Shown: positions 18,404-37,388 of the stretch, piece after piece
Numbering within the stretch: the first letter of the stretch is position 1
How the letters are laid out: every line of letters starts with the position of its first letter
From: the human T2T-CHM13v2.0 reference genome, Homo sapiens
Assembly (NCBI RefSeq): GCF_009914755.1
Contig: NC_060946.1
Reading direction: 5' to 3' (one strand)
Length of the DNA: 64,000 bases
Made by a program: the position numbers and the translations under genes
The notes under the pieces: generated by a model
Seen by the model: the letters and a program-made list of their open reading frames with translations, nothing else
Databases searched by the model: none
What the model was told of the DNA's origin: nothing

Positions 18404-18797
18404 GCACGCACACGCACATACACACTACACACATACTTGTGCACACGCACATAGTACGCACGTGCACATGCATACACACCACACACGTGTGCACGCACAC
18501 GCTACACACATGCCTGTGCGCACGCACATACTACATGTGCACATGCATACACACTACACGTGTGCACGCACATACACACGTGCACACGTGCACACGCACA
18601 TACTACACACTGCACACATACACCACACACGTGCACACGCATACACACTACACACGTGCGCACGCACATACTACACACGTGTGCACATACGCGTGCACAC
18701 GCATACACACTACACACATACATGTGCGCGCGCACATACTACACACGTGCACATACACACTACACACATACTTGCATGCACGCACACATACACACAG
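18404..18797. repeat. CA-rich alternating purine-pyrimidine low-complexity repeat, PRR5 intron 6
   Basis: cacacg/catac/tgcac units over ~390 bp. Confidence 0.9.
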
Positions 18798-19719
18798 TGT
18801 CCCAGTCATTTCTGCCCAGAGGGCTTTTGTCAGTGGGTCAGCTCTGGGGAAGACACTCTGAGAGCTGTTAGCCCCCCTCACAGCAGGTGGGGAGAGGTGC
18901 CTGCCCCAGAAAGGAGTGGGGCCCCCAGTGGCATCCACCGCAAGCCGGGGGTTTCTGCACACGGCCCTTCCCAGGCACCACACTTTGCAGTTGGCCGGCT
19001 CATCACACTGTCGCAGGACCACACAGTCACTGCCGGCCACCCCATTTTACAGGTAGGGGACCCAAGTCCTGCTTGCTATGAGCTAATAAGGGCGGGAGCC
19101 CAGCTTCACCCCGGCTCTCGCAGGTGCAAAGCCCTCTTTATCGTTCTGAATCCCCGTGAAGCTCTTTTAAAATTAGGGTCTGTGAGGACACTCGGGACCC
19201 TCACAGGGCAACCAGAGCAAGGAAGGGGCGGCCAGTGTGGAGCTGTGCAAGGTGGGGGCTGCCCTGGGTGGAAGTTGAGAGAGTTTAGGTCAGGCCTGGC
19301 TGGGTTGAAGCGGGGACCCTTGAGGGACTTTGCTGTGTCAGCTTCAGCTTCCCGGTCTTTAACAGAGGGAGGCCTCCTCCCTGGCAGGATAGGTGAGGAC
19401 TTGGTCATTCACAACCAAGTCACTGCTCCTACAGGCAGACAATTCCAGGGACACGTGGGGTCCCCTGTGTTAGTGTAGGTGACCTTACTGTGGGCACCTG
19501 TGGAGTCCCACCTACTCATTGTAACACAGGCCAGGACATAGGAGCCTGTACCAGCCCCGAAACCCCAAGAGTTCAGGCGACTTTGCTCACCCCCAGGGAC
19601 GTGGCCTGGACCGTGCCTCACTCCCTGCCTGGAGTGGCCTCCCACAGCCATCCCAAGAGTCCTGGGTTAGTCCTCGCCTCTGGCTGGCTGGATTGTCACT
19701 TACAATTGTACCTGGGTGT

Positions 19720-20081
<362 letters not shown>

Positions 20082-20754
20082 TTATTTAATGAGTGCAAGC
20101 ACTCGTTATAAGTCAGCTTTCTCCCAGCCCTCTTTGCTGGGTGCTGAGGTCCCAGAGCTTTTGTCCCAGCTCAGCGCACAGCTGGGTGAGCAGCCTCATC
20201 TCCCGGGCCTTGGCTCAAATGCACCTGGAGGTAGCGGTGAGCCCTTCAGAGCTCCGGATGAGGGGAGATGATGGCTTGAGCCAGTGATGGGAAGAAGAGA
20301 GTGGGGCTTGTGAAGTGGTCCCTGATGGATGTGGACTGCACCTGGCCCCATGGGGCAGGGAGCCCCAGGTGAGCAGCTTGGCCCTCCCTGCGTGGGGTCA
20401 GCCAGTGTCTCTGGAGAGACTGTCCAAAGCCTCTAGGACTCTTGAGTACAGGGCCCCTCCGAGGGGTGGAAGGTGCAGAACACCCATCTCATCTGGCCAC
20501 AGGGCCTTTTTCCAGGGCACACCATGGTCTCCCAGATCCCGACGCTGCTGTGAGCAGCAGAGTGACTCAGGCCACATGCTCTGAGAGGGGCTGGGAGGCC
20601 ACCGTGGGCCCTGCCATGGGGACAGAGAGCCTGTGGGAATGGGGAGGCGGGAGGCAGAGGACAGGCTGTCTGGTGGGTGGGACATATGGTTGAGAGCCTG
20701 GAGCCACCAAGCTCGGGTGCATGACCCCCTACCCCCTGCCCCACTCTCCTGCAG

Positions 20755-20890
20755 GGGGTACATGAGTCCAGGGGCGTGACTGAGGACTACCTGCGCCTGG
20801 AGACGCTGGTCCAGAAGGTGGTGTCGCCATACCTGGGCACCTACGGCCTCCACTCCAGCGAGGGGCCCTTCACCCATTCCTGCATCCTGG
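20755..20890 (+). CDS. PRR5: PRR5 coding exon 7, 136 nt, GVHESRGVTEDYLRLETLVQKVVSPYLG...THSCIL
   Basis: Acceptor ccactctcctgcag|GGG and donor CTGG|gtaggg. Confidence 0.96.
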
Positions 20891-22499
20891 GTAGGGGTCC
20901 GCCTGGGCCTTGGGCTGGGGCAGGGGTGACCACGGGCCCCATCCATTGTGAACAAATGGGCAAGCCGAGGCCCCACGACAGAACCAGGATCTGACTCCAG
21001 ACTGGTTCTCAGCCGGGCAGCAGCCCCCAGCCTGCCATATGCTGGCCTGGACGTGGGGATCCGTGAGAGTGGGCACACACCCTGAGTGGTGATGTGGCAA
21101 CACCTTGGAGAGCTCCACCAGACCTCCGTGTTCCCCAGGAGGCCACATTCATGTGCAGTCTTGAAAGTCAGAAGTGGGCCAGGCGGAGTGCTCGGAACAT
21201 GCAAATGCCGAAGCTTGAGGACTCCTGGCTCAGTTAGGGGACCCAGGCTGGGAGGGACTCGGCCTGGGGGTGGGCAGGCTGAGCCCTGTGGGCAGCATCC
21301 CGGGACTGCATGGCGCGTCCAGCACAGCTGGCCACGTTGCTCCCTTGACGGAGGGCCTCTGGGTTCCTTCAGCAATGTCCGTTGAGTACCTGTTGTGCCC
21401 CAGCCCGAGCCCACGCCCTTCCCCTCCCGCGGGGGAGGCCGACCAGTGAGTCTCCTCCACGACCCACCATTAGCTGGAAGCTGGGAGCATCCCAGGCAGA
21501 GGGGACAGAGCTGGGGCAAGGCCCGCTTGGGACTATGCCCTCCTCATCCAGAGGGGCTCCCCGTCCCCACCTGCTGGTGTAAAACCTGCCCACTGGTGTG
21601 TCTCAGCTCAGGCAGTGCCCTGGCTGCTGGAGAACTTTGAGCCACCCAGGCTTGGTGTAGCCCTGGATGGCAGGACCCCAGCCCCTGCCTGATGGGACCC
21701 GCATCCTCTGGTCTGGGAAAGGCCCCTGAGCCGCTCGTGTGTGTCGCCCGCCACCTGGTGGCCACTCTTGGGATTGCAGGGTCCTGCATGGGAACCTGAA
21801 CCCTGCCCCCCAACCAGCCTTGGCCACCTGTGCCACTGCCTCCCGCCCAGATGAACCAAGGGGCCTCCTCCCTGGGTCCCCACGTCTACCCTCAGCCCCC
21901 ACAGTCTATTACTCTCCACGCAGCGGCCAGCGAGGCCCATTTACAACTGCCTGGCTACAGGCTCCCCGCATCCCCAGGATGGAATCCCCGCCTTGACCTT
22001 ACATGGAGGGCCTGTCCCCATCTGCTCCCATCACAGCCCCACAACCTGGCCCCATGGCTCGCCTCTTTGGGCTTCTTGGCCCTCCCACCATCCCCTTGGA
22101 CACCAGCTCCAGTGGGGCAGGGGCTGCGCCTGCCTGGGAAAGTACAGGTGTCCAGCAGGTGCCAAAGTCCATACACTTCCACAAGTGGGGAAACTGAGGC
22201 ACGGGGTTGAGGTAACTTACCTAAGGTCAAACAGAGGTCGCTGGCGGGGTGCAGGTTCAAACCCAGGCATTTGACTTGAGGTCCTGTGTGACCAGGCTGG
22301 GCCTAGGCTGGAGAAGAGAGACTGGAACCTGAGCTGGTGTCAGGGCTTGTGGCGGTGGGACCTGCTGAGCCGGGCCCCGGGTCGGGCCTTCCCTGCAGCT
22401 GCCCCTGCACAGGGACCCAGTGTGCAGTGAGCAGCAGGTGCCAAGGCGGGCGGGGACCCAGGTGGCCTCTGGTGTGACAGTGCCCGTGTCTCTCCCCAG

Positions 22500-22975
22500 A
22501 AAAGCGCCTCCTCCGCCGCTCCCGCTCGGGGGACGTGCTGGCCAAGAACCCTGTGGTGCGCTCCAAGAGCTACAACACGCCTCTGCTGAACCCCGTGCAG
22601 GAGCACGAGGCGGAGGGCGCGGCGGCCGGCGGTACCAGCATCCGCAGGCACTCTGTGTCGGAGATGACGTCCTGCCCCGAGCCTCAGGGCTTCTCCGACC
22701 CGCCCGGCCAGGGCCCCACCGGGACCTTCAGGTCCTCCCCGGCGCCCCACTCAGGGCCCTGCCCCAGCAGACTGTACCCCACGACCCAGCCCCCTGAGCA
22801 GGGCTTGGATCCCACCCGCAGCTCCCTGCCCCGCTCCAGCCCGGAGAACCTGGTGGACCAGATCCTGGAGTCCGTGGACTCGGATTCTGAAGGGATTTTC
22901 ATTGACTTTGGCCGGGGCCGGGGCTCTGGCATGTCCGACTTGGAGGGCTCTGGGGGCCGGCAGAGTGTCGTGTGA
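22500..22975 (+). CDS. PRR5: PRR5 terminal coding exon: Pro/Ser-rich tail (E)KRLLRRSRSGDVLAKNPVVRSKSYN...GGRQSVV*
   Basis: Acceptor gtctctccccag|AA; TGA at 22973-22975; overlaps ORF 22535..22975. The exons in the window sum to 1033 nt in one frame. Confidence 0.96.
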
Positions 22976-23415
22976 GGCCTCACAGCTGGCCTTGAGTTTT
23001 TACTGACACGTCCCTGTGTGCGGGGGTGTCCATGTGGCGTGTGTGTGAGTGAGACTTTTTTACTGCGTCCCGTCCCGCCAGCCCTATCGGCCTCGTCACT
23101 GGCCTTGGTCACTTTGTATTTCTGTCTTGGTTGGAAATACCATCAGCCTTCCTTGCTCGGCCCAGGTCTGTTTCAGGCATCTGAGTCGGCGTTTACCCAG
23201 GGGCCGGGCCAGAGACGGGGGTCGGCCGCTCGCTCCCACGCTCCTCCTGCCCCAGCCCTCTGGTGTCCACACCTGCCCACAGAGAATGTAAACCCAGTGG
23301 GCTCTGCCCACGCCGGGCCCCAAAGTGACCAGACTCCAGCACACCTGTCTCCTCCTGCCTGGGGTGGCCATGGGGATGGAAGGGGGTGGAATAAAACCTG
23401 TCAACCTGGCTCATG
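22976..23415 (+). other. PRR5: PRR5 3' UTR (3' end approximate)
   Basis: Lies between the stop codon and the AATAAA at 23390; TGTA motifs near 23115 and 23288. Confidence 0.8.
23390..23395 (+). terminator. Polyadenylation signal AATAAA of PRR5
   Basis: First canonical AATAAA after the stop codon (ggtggAATAAAacctg). Confidence 0.85.
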
Positions 23416-25311
23416 TCTGCAGTGCCTGCCCTGGGGGCGCCCCTTCAGGGTGCTCACCCTCAGGCCTTCGCTCCCTTCTAGGGAGCGCAGGTTTCCAGGG
23501 TCTGTGTGGAGGGGGCAGACCTGTGCCTGTTGTCCAGGCCTCCCTACTGCTCCACCGTCCCTGTCCCTGATGGGAGGACCGGGAGGTTGTGGAAGGAAGG
23601 GCTGGGATGCTAGGGAGTGGGGCTGGCCCTGCCGCACAGGAGTCTGGCCCTGACTTTGCCCCTGGCCTTAGCAGGGATGGACTCACTGAAGCCTTTGAAG
23701 GAGGGAAGGAGGGGTGGGGGCGGGATCTGCCAGCTCCTCCCGTGCTACAGAAGCGTCCAGGTGGCCTAGGGGGTGGGGGTGACCTGCTGAAGGCCATCCG
23801 GCCTGGGAAGCACAAACTAACACCTGCTCTGACCTCCCCTGCAGCCTCACTATCCCCAGACAGGCTTTCCCCGGGCCCTCAGGTGGGCAGGATACCGCAT
23901 CAGCCGTAGCAGGCAGGGCTCTTTGTTCCCCCGTCAGTGGGGCCCGAGTGTTACTGAGAGCCAAAGGCCAGCCCAGCACCACGGGCACCCCTACTATCGG
24001 GGCAGGAGCTGAGCCTGGGGCAGCCTTCCCTAGCCACCCCCGCCATTTTAAAGCATCGGGTCAGCGTGGCCTCCATGGGGAGGGGTGGAGGGGTCTCTAA
24101 CGGCGGGCACCTTTCCACACCCCGTTCACCTGCTGATCTGCCACCCCCGCAGCCTTCCACGCGCTCGCCTCTCATGGCGTTTTCTCAAGGTGGGAAAGGA
24201 GTGCTGAGCAAATGAAGGACAGGCCCAGGGCAGGGGAACCAGGTGTGATTGGAGGGAGAGGGTGGGTGTGAGCCGGGCGTGAGCAGGAGGACGTCACCTG
24301 ACCCCTGAGTCACGGCCGGAGCTGGCCCAGGCTGTCTCCCAGCAGAGCCTTCTGGATGGAGGAGTTTCCCTCTCTGGTGGGAGAAGCAGACCTGGTGCCC
24401 CTGCTTCAGCTCAGGATAGGAGGGTGTAGGGGTGGGGGCAGGGGGAGCTCTGGCTTTCTGACTCTGCTGAGCCGCAGTTTTGTCATCTGTGATACGGGTG
24501 CATACCAACCCTGTGGAGCTCTCTGAAGCTACTCGGAATGGGTAATGTGCCCCAGGCAGGGCTCAGCTGGGCAAGTAGGGGAGCAAGAGCAGCCTCGGGA
24601 CCCAGGCCTGGGGGACAGGTGGTCGTTGAACAGAAAGCCAGAACCTGGTCTGAGAACCACTAAGCCAGGCTGATGAGGCCGAGATCCGTGGACCAACCTC
24701 TTTGGCTCCCAGCTCCATCATGGAGCCCGAGGTGGCCTGAGGCGGGGAGTAGTGGGTGACCATTAGCAACATGGGCAGGAGGGTTCCCAGCGGTCACCTC
24801 AAGGCAGGAGGACCAAAGACCAGAAGCCGTGGCAGGGAGTTGCTGTCTGGGCTCTGTCCACACCAGGGTGCTAGACCCTGTGTTCTGTCCCCTGAGTGGT
24901 GGGGGTTCCATCGTGGGGGGTCGAGCATCCCTGGCCCCTGGATGCTGCCGGGCCTGGGGTGGCCCAGGGACTGGTGGCCCCTGCTGGCTGGCACTTGGAC
25001 CCTTGGCAAGGCAGTCCCTAAGCTCTCAGTCCTCCTGCCCTGGGGCAGGAGGGGAGGCCCCTGGGCAGCAGCCAGCAGCATCCCCAACCACAGATTGGGG
25101 GGCTGCAGTCCAGGAGGGTGGGTGCTGGGCCTGGGCCCTGCAGCAGCTCACAGGACTCAGTGGGGGCCCCAAGGAGGTGAGGAGGCTGCACTCCCACTCC
25201 CAGAAAGCAGCAGCCCACCAAGAGGGTGTGTGTGTGTGTCCTAGCCTTGTTCCCAAAGATGTCAGAGGTGATCTGCATTCAGACATCTTATAAATTGGTA
25301 AACACCTGTAA

Positions 25312-25608
<297 letters not shown>

Positions 25609-26208
25609 TAAGGAATAGAGTGACTCAGGGAAGAGGCGTGGGAGACCGTGTGCTCCATCCTGTTTGGTCTTCAAGGCATCCTCCTGGAGAGCTGCGCCTT
25701 GTCACAGTCAGGGCTCGATGAAATTATGTTGACAACAGAAATGAGCAGACACGGCTTCTTAACATTTGCTGTTCTGTCTTCCACACCCTAAGGTTTGTTA
25801 AACGAGTGAAATCGGTGGTTAATTAGTTAGTGGTTGGTCTACCATCGGCATCACCGGGGTGTCCAGTGGGGTGGATTCCTCTGCATCTCCAGGGCTGGGG
25901 TTCTAGAAACTGCTTTATCGTTGTTGTCTTTTGTGTGCTTGTTGTAAGTTTTGTGCAGGATTCTCGTGAACGCTCTACCCCTTACCTCTCAAATGCACAA
26001 TCTCAGGCCCTGGCCCCATCTGCTGACCCTAAATCTGCATTTCAGCCCCGCCTTGGGGTCCGTGGGCCTGCCGGGACATGTGAGCCTCACCTGCACTGTG
26101 ACAGCGTCTGGGGTGGAGGTGGCACTTAGGAAAACCCAGGGTGGGTTACGATAGGCTTCCCAGTGACCCTGACTGCACCCCTGCTGAGAGCTCAGATTTG
26201 TTTGGGCA

Positions 26209-26210
<2 letters not shown>

Positions 26211-26243
<33 letters not shown>

Positions 26244-26370
26244 GTGGGTAGGTGTGTGTGTCTGCACGCACGCACAAGTGTTTGGGGGTGTGTGTGTGTG
26301 CGCACGCGCGAGAGTGGATGGGTGTGTGTACGTGTGTGTGTGTGTGTGTGTGTGCGTGTGTGTGTGCAAG
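26211..26370. repeat. (TG)n compound microsatellite
   Basis: Several TG runs separated by short interruptions. Confidence 0.9.
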
Positions 26371-26769
26371 TATACACCACACAGCAGCTAAGCCCTGGTA
26401 GGAGGTCTCAGAGGCGGGTCCATTGGAGTGCTGATGCCCACCCCGCGTGCCCTCTCAAGCACCCACTTTGGACCCCGTGATATTCATCTCCAGAAGGAAT
26501 AGCTCCGTTTCAGGAAAGTGCTGCTGGGTGGGCTGTGGCCCAGGAATCACGAGGTAGGGGGCAAACATGCTCTCTGGATGTGCTGGCCCTGGGAAGAGGA
26601 AGAGGAGGAGTCCCAAGGTGGAGATGCCTGCAGCCGAAGGCCCTCCCAGAGAAGGGAAGACTCCAGAAGAAGAGAGAGGGACTGGGAAGCGTGTAGGCCA
26701 AAGGGGTGCCCACAATAAGCGTGGGCCCATTTGTCATTTTCCATCTGACCATGAAAGTAATAGCTTACA

Positions 26770-27920
<1,151 letters not shown>

Positions 27921-27982
27921 ACAAGGAAGGGGAGAGGAGGGGAGGGGAGGGGAGCCAAGGAGAGAGGGAAGGGAGGGAAGGA

Positions 27983-28637
<655 letters not shown>

Positions 28638-28755
28638 AAGGAAGGGAGGGAGGGAGGAAGGAAGGAAAGGAAGGAAGGGAGGGACGAAGGGAGGAAGGAG
28701 AAAGAAAGGAAAGAAAGGAAAGATAGAGAAGGAAGGAAAGGAGAGAGGAAAGGAC
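28638..28755. repeat. GGAA/GGGA polypurine tract (a second part lies at ~27927-27983)
   Basis: Read directly. Confidence 0.9.
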
Positions 28756-30135
28756 TCCTTCCTTCCTTGCAGTCCCTGTAGCTGCTTTCCTCAGGGAGCG
28801 TGAACTGATCGTCTTGGCCCCTCTACTGAGACTGGAGTGGAGGGACACAGCACTCCATCGGGGGACCGTGGTCCCCAACTCCAGGACTGTCCAGCAGTAA
28901 AGCAGGCAGTAGCCTCAGAAACGCTGGGAGGAGTAGGGAGGATGCCAAGGCACAGGAGCCTCTGCCAGGGATGCAACTGACACAGACTGGAGATGAGCAC
29001 CTAAGAATTATGATGCTCTTTCCGGTCCCCATGTAGCTGGGGGTGGCGATATGACCAGCCCTGGCCAGTGAGTTCTAAGTGGAAGTGATGCGGGGTGCTC
29101 TAGATCTGGAGGATTTCATTGCCAGACACAGGCCCCTCCAGGACTGTCCTTCCCTCTGCCACGGTGGTTGGCAGTGTCCCAGGCAAGCCTGCTCCAGCAG
29201 GTAGACGTGTGGCCTGGATAAGAAGGCCGGCTACGGTGGTGGAGGCCCCTGTGATTGGGAGATGCTTGTCGCTCGGCACAACCAGGTTTGACTTGACGCT
29301 ACACTCCTTCTTCCCAGTACCCTAGAATCACGTAGTCCTTGAGTGGGGAGAAGGCCAGCATGGGATATTTCATTGTATATATTTATGTATGTCATACACC
29401 CCTCATGGGCAGAGCCAGGACCTCCAGGATCTGATCGTAAATTGGGCACTGTGTGATATTGGGCAGGTCGCCCTGTCCTCAGTTTCCCGATCTATAGCCA
29501 GGATCTCCCCAGCTATGAAATCAGTGACCAGCACTGTTTCTTTGCCTGTCTGTGCACCGTGGACTCACATGCAGAGCAGGGCTGTTAGATTGTAAACTCC
29601 AGACACCAGACATCTCTGACAAAGGAGCTCTGTGCAGATGACAAGCATCGGGCAGACGCGTACTTAATGGTTTTTGACCTGAAGGTGATAATGGCTTAAT
29701 AATAAACGGATGGTTTTACCCCCAAGAACCCTTCTTCTCATTGACTGATGTGTTTGCAGAGAGCTCAGAACTGCTCTCACAGGCTGTAAAAAGCTATAAA
29801 AATGTAAACTATCATTGACATCATCTGCAAGAGGAATTTCTCATACTGACATTCCTCTTCTCACGATGGGGATTCATGTCAGCCTGTGCTTGGTAGGGGA
29901 AGAGGCCAGGGGAGTGTAAAATATGAGGATGCAGGATCAGGCGGGCTCTGATTTGCAAGCAGCCGAGGCAGATGCCAATGATCATGCAGAGAAGGAGTTT
30001 ATTGAAGAATGTTGCGAGCTCCTACAGCTGTGATGAGGTGGGTGAGCCAAGCCCACTTCCAGGAACGGTGTCCCAAATCACCCCACAGGACAGTGGGCCT
30101 GATGGGAAACCGGCAGCATTGCAGCCACCGAACGG

Positions 30136-31300
30136 GGAAGGCACCCATCATATGGGGATGCTCCCACAGCACAGAGAGGTGCCCATCATATGGAGATGCT
30201 CCCACTGCACAGATACTCCCATTGCACAGATACTCCCACAGCACAGAGAGGTGCCCATCATATGGGGATGCTCCCACTGCACAGATACTCCCATTGCACA
30301 GATACTCCCACCGCACAGAGAGGCACCCATGATATGGGGATGCTCCCACTGCACAGATGCTCCCACGGCACAGAAAGGCACCCATCATATGGGGATGTTC
30401 CCACTGCACAGATATTCCCATTGCACAGATACTCCCACCGCACAGAGAGGCACCCATCATATGGGGATGCTCCCACTGCACAGATGCTCCCACGGCACAG
30501 AGAGGCACCCATCATATGGGGATGCTCCCACTGCACAGATACTCCCATTGCACAGATACTCCCACCGCACAGAGAGGCACCCATCATATGGGGATGCTCC
30601 CACTGCACAGATGCTCCCACGGCACAGAGAGGCACCCATCATATGGGGATGATCCCACTGCACAGATACTCCCATTGCACAGATGCTCCCACCACACAGA
30701 GAGGCGCCCATCATATGGGGATGCTCCCACTGCACAGATACTCCCATTGCACAGATGCTCCCACCGCACAGAGAGGCACCCATGATATGGGGATGCTCCC
30801 ACTGCACAGATGCTCCCACCACACAGAGAGGCGCCCTTCATATGGGGATGATCCCACTGCACAGATGCTCCCACTGCACAGATGATCTCATTGCACAGAT
30901 GCTCCCACTGACAGAGAGGCACCCATCATATGGGGATGCTCCCACTGCACAGATGCTCCCACGGCACAGAGAGGCGCCCATCATATGGGGATGCTCCCAC
31001 TGCACAGATACTCCCGTTGCACAGATGCTCCCACCGCACAGAGAGGCGCCCATCATATGGGGATGATCCCACTGCACAGATACTCCCACCATGCAGAGAG
31101 GCTCCCATGATATGGGGATGCTCCCACTGCACAAATGTTCCCACTGCACAGATACTCCCACCACACAGAGAGGCGCCCATCATATGGGGATGATCCCACG
31201 GCACAGATGATCCCATTGCACAGATGCTACCACTGCACAGAGAGGCACCCATCATGTGGGGATACTCTTGCTGCACAGATGCTCCCCACACACAGAGATG
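30136..31300. repeat. Modular minisatellite (probable VNTR): 18 copies of a 38-bp core separated by 0-3 copies of a 17-bp module
   Basis: Core agagaggcacccatcatatggggatgctcccactgcac; module agat(a/g)ctcccaYYgcac; measured periods 38, 55, 72 and 88 bp. Confidence 0.95.
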
Positions 31301-33025
31301 CCCCAGTTACGCTGGACCAAACCCAACTGCCACCAGCGCCAATACCCATTGTGTTCCAGGCACTTCACTTTGTAGCCACTGTGTCCTCCCTCACCACCCA
31401 AGCTGGGCATCGCTGGGTGATGAATTCTAGGGCAGCCTCCTCTCTCAGGGTGGACATCACAATGGTGCAGTCTGTCACTGTCTGGTCCCTGGTGGCAAAG
31501 GGACCGGGTAAACCCGTTGTCAGGCCACCTTGGGGCTGTGAGATGTCTGTAAGGTCGGTAGTGCCAGTATGGTAAAGGCATTTGAGGGGTGGGCAGGTCG
31601 GTGCACAAGATCAGCGTCCACCCTGCTGTCAACCAGGGCAGCAGGAGCATGGCCACCTCAGCTGCAAATCAGGAGGGTTTCCATTATTGGACCCAAAGAT
31701 CGCAGAAAACCCAGTGGAGGCAGTTTGCAGGCGGTACTAACCACACAATGCATTTGCTCTGACACAGGACCAGGGCACGTAGTAGACGGGCAGGGGTCAG
31801 GGAACCTGCCTGGGGTTCTGGGCCAGGCTACATAGGGATAAAGCAAGCCCCTTAACCGACTGGATCCCAGGATCCTGGCCCATAAAGGGAGAGGGTTGGA
31901 AGAAGATCTTCCACATCCCTTTTGCCCTAACCTGGCAGTCATACACCCAAACTGGGGGGTAGTGTTGGCTTTGTGGTTTTAATAAGGTTAAAAGCAGGCC
32001 AAGTCTTAGCTCAAGAAGCTGGCAGGCTGAGTTAATTCCGGAGAAAACAAACGGGAAGCCCAAGACCTTGGACATAGATCTTTTATTCCCTCCTCCTTGA
32101 AATTCTCCATCCCCAAGCGCTTATTAATGTGGAATTTGCTGCTTGGGGGAGAACCAACTCTCCGACTTCAGAAACATTTGTAAGAGCAAATTTAATAAAG
32201 CTAAGAATAATACCATTCAGATGTAATTCCTTTATTTTGCATGATTATTCCTTCTTTTCTATCGCAAGGCATTTGAAATGCAAGGAGTTATTGAGATAGC
32301 AACAAAAGGAAATGGCTAACTGGTTGATTACTGATTAAACAGTGCTTGGGAAAAAACAGAAGAAAGAACTTGAAAGGGGAACCAGCCTGGGTTGTACAGT
32401 TCTTTTATATTTCTTTTTCCTTTGATTATGAATGGCAGAACACACCTGCATTCTTTGCCACACAATCATTCGGTATTGTTGCTTTATTGTATGTATGTTA
32501 ATATCGCTAAGCTATGGGGTGAAATTTGTATGAGATTTTCACAAAACACAAATGCAAGGAGGGTGGTATTTCCCCTGACATCTCTTAATACTGTGAAATT
32601 ATTCTGCCAGCCGTAGGCCGACTGCGGGGGGAGTTTCCCTTACTCCCGTCCAAAGTCGCTTTTTAAAACAGAAACCCTGCAAATTGCCCTTCTTTCATGA
32701 GGGCCGGATCTTACATTGGTAATATAAAAGATGTTTACATTCCACAAAAGGAAAAGAGAACCCTGCACCCAGCGCCAGATGAAAACGATCCAGTGTGTGT
32801 ACGTTGCTGGAATAAGACATTGTGACTTCCTTGTCATGTTTTGAGAGCAATGAAGTGTTACCACTTCAAGTCCTTCGAGAGCCGGGAAAGTATAAAATAA
32901 TAACACACAAATTGTGTTGTGTTAGTTGAACAGGCCACAGGCTAGGATGGCTACGAATTCTTTGCTCAGGAATAAGGCAGCTGCTTGAGTGTTGAGAGAA
33001 TGAAATGGAGGTTGTCCGTTCATGT

Positions 33026-33756
<731 letters not shown>

Positions 33757-33984
33757 GCCTCCCTCAGACTCCCAAGTAGCTGGGATCCTCCTGCCTCAGC
33801 CTCCCAAGTATCTGGGATTACAGGCACCCACCACCACGCTCAGCTAATTTTTGCATTTTTAGTAGAGACGGGGTTTCACCATGTTGGCCAGGCTGTTCGC
33901 AAACTCCTGACCTCAGGTGATCCACCCACCTCGGCCTCCCAAAGTGCTAGGATTACAGGCGTGAGCCACCACGCCCGGCCAGCT

Positions 33985-34368
33985 TGGGTCATTCTAATCT
34001 CTTCTGAAATGAAGGAGAAACCACTGCCCGAGAGCCTCTGGAAAGGCCTGGTGGGCAGCAAGGGTGCTGGGGGGGGGGGTCCCAACTATTCATGGGGGCT
34101 ATGTCTTCATCAGCAGCGTGAGAATGGACTCATACATCCTCTAATCAGACCCCTCTGCAATTGTCTGGTCTTCATCAAACCGAAGCATAGAAATACACAT
34201 TGGCCGGTTGCTTTGGGCCTTCATTTCCTTAGGAAAGTTCCTGTGTCACATAAAACGTACATTAAACACGTGTGTAGGTTTTTCTCTGATAAATCTGTCT
34301 TTTGTTATAGGGGCCTCAGCCATGAACCCAGCCATGGTTGAGGAAAAGATCTCTTTTTATCCGCAACA
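33985..34368 (+). mobile_element. ERV1 LTR fragment (MER34/MER39-like 3' part)
   Basis: Ends with aatctgtcttttgttataggggcctcagccatgaacc...gaggaaaaga...aca, typical of these LTR termini. Confidence 0.45.
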
Positions 34369-34565
34369 CCAGCACTCCCCATGTGCCAGGCTTTGTCATC
34401 AGGGCTTGGAGAGAGAGAAAGAGAGGGCACAATAAGCCCCAGCCATCCAGGCAAAGTCCAGTTACTCTGACCTGAACTGCTCACTGTGGCCGGAGGAAGG
34501 CCTGGGGTGACTGGCACAGGCCCAGTTCCTTCCAGAACCTGAAATAATCATTGTGGCAGGGAGTC

Positions 34566-37270
<2,705 letters not shown>

Positions 37271-37388
37271 TTGTATCTAAGCTGCTTTCCTCAGATACAA
37301 ATCCTTCAACAAACCCTAGGGAAAATTTCCTCTCAAGTCCCTCCAATTCTCCCAGTTCTGCCACGCTTTGTACACCCCTAACGAAAGG

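Noticed and set aside
18342-19478. 378-aa His/Thr-rich ORF
   Set aside because: Produced by the CA-rich low-complexity tract plus GC-rich intron; no domain or exon structure.
20398-21519. 373-aa antisense ORF overlapping exon 7
   Set aside because: GC-rich and partly the antisense shadow of a real exon; no independent evidence.
30180-31280. Repeated TGCAC as metal-response elements
   Set aside because: The units read TGCACAG, which fails the MRE core TGCRCNC at the last position.
29972-31291. Long ORFs (226, 231, 169 aa and others) with Cys/His-rich repeats, and a CRISPR-like look
   Set aside because: They are translations of the minisatellite in several frames on both strands. The spacers are repeats rather than unique sequences, there are no cas genes, and the DNA is human.
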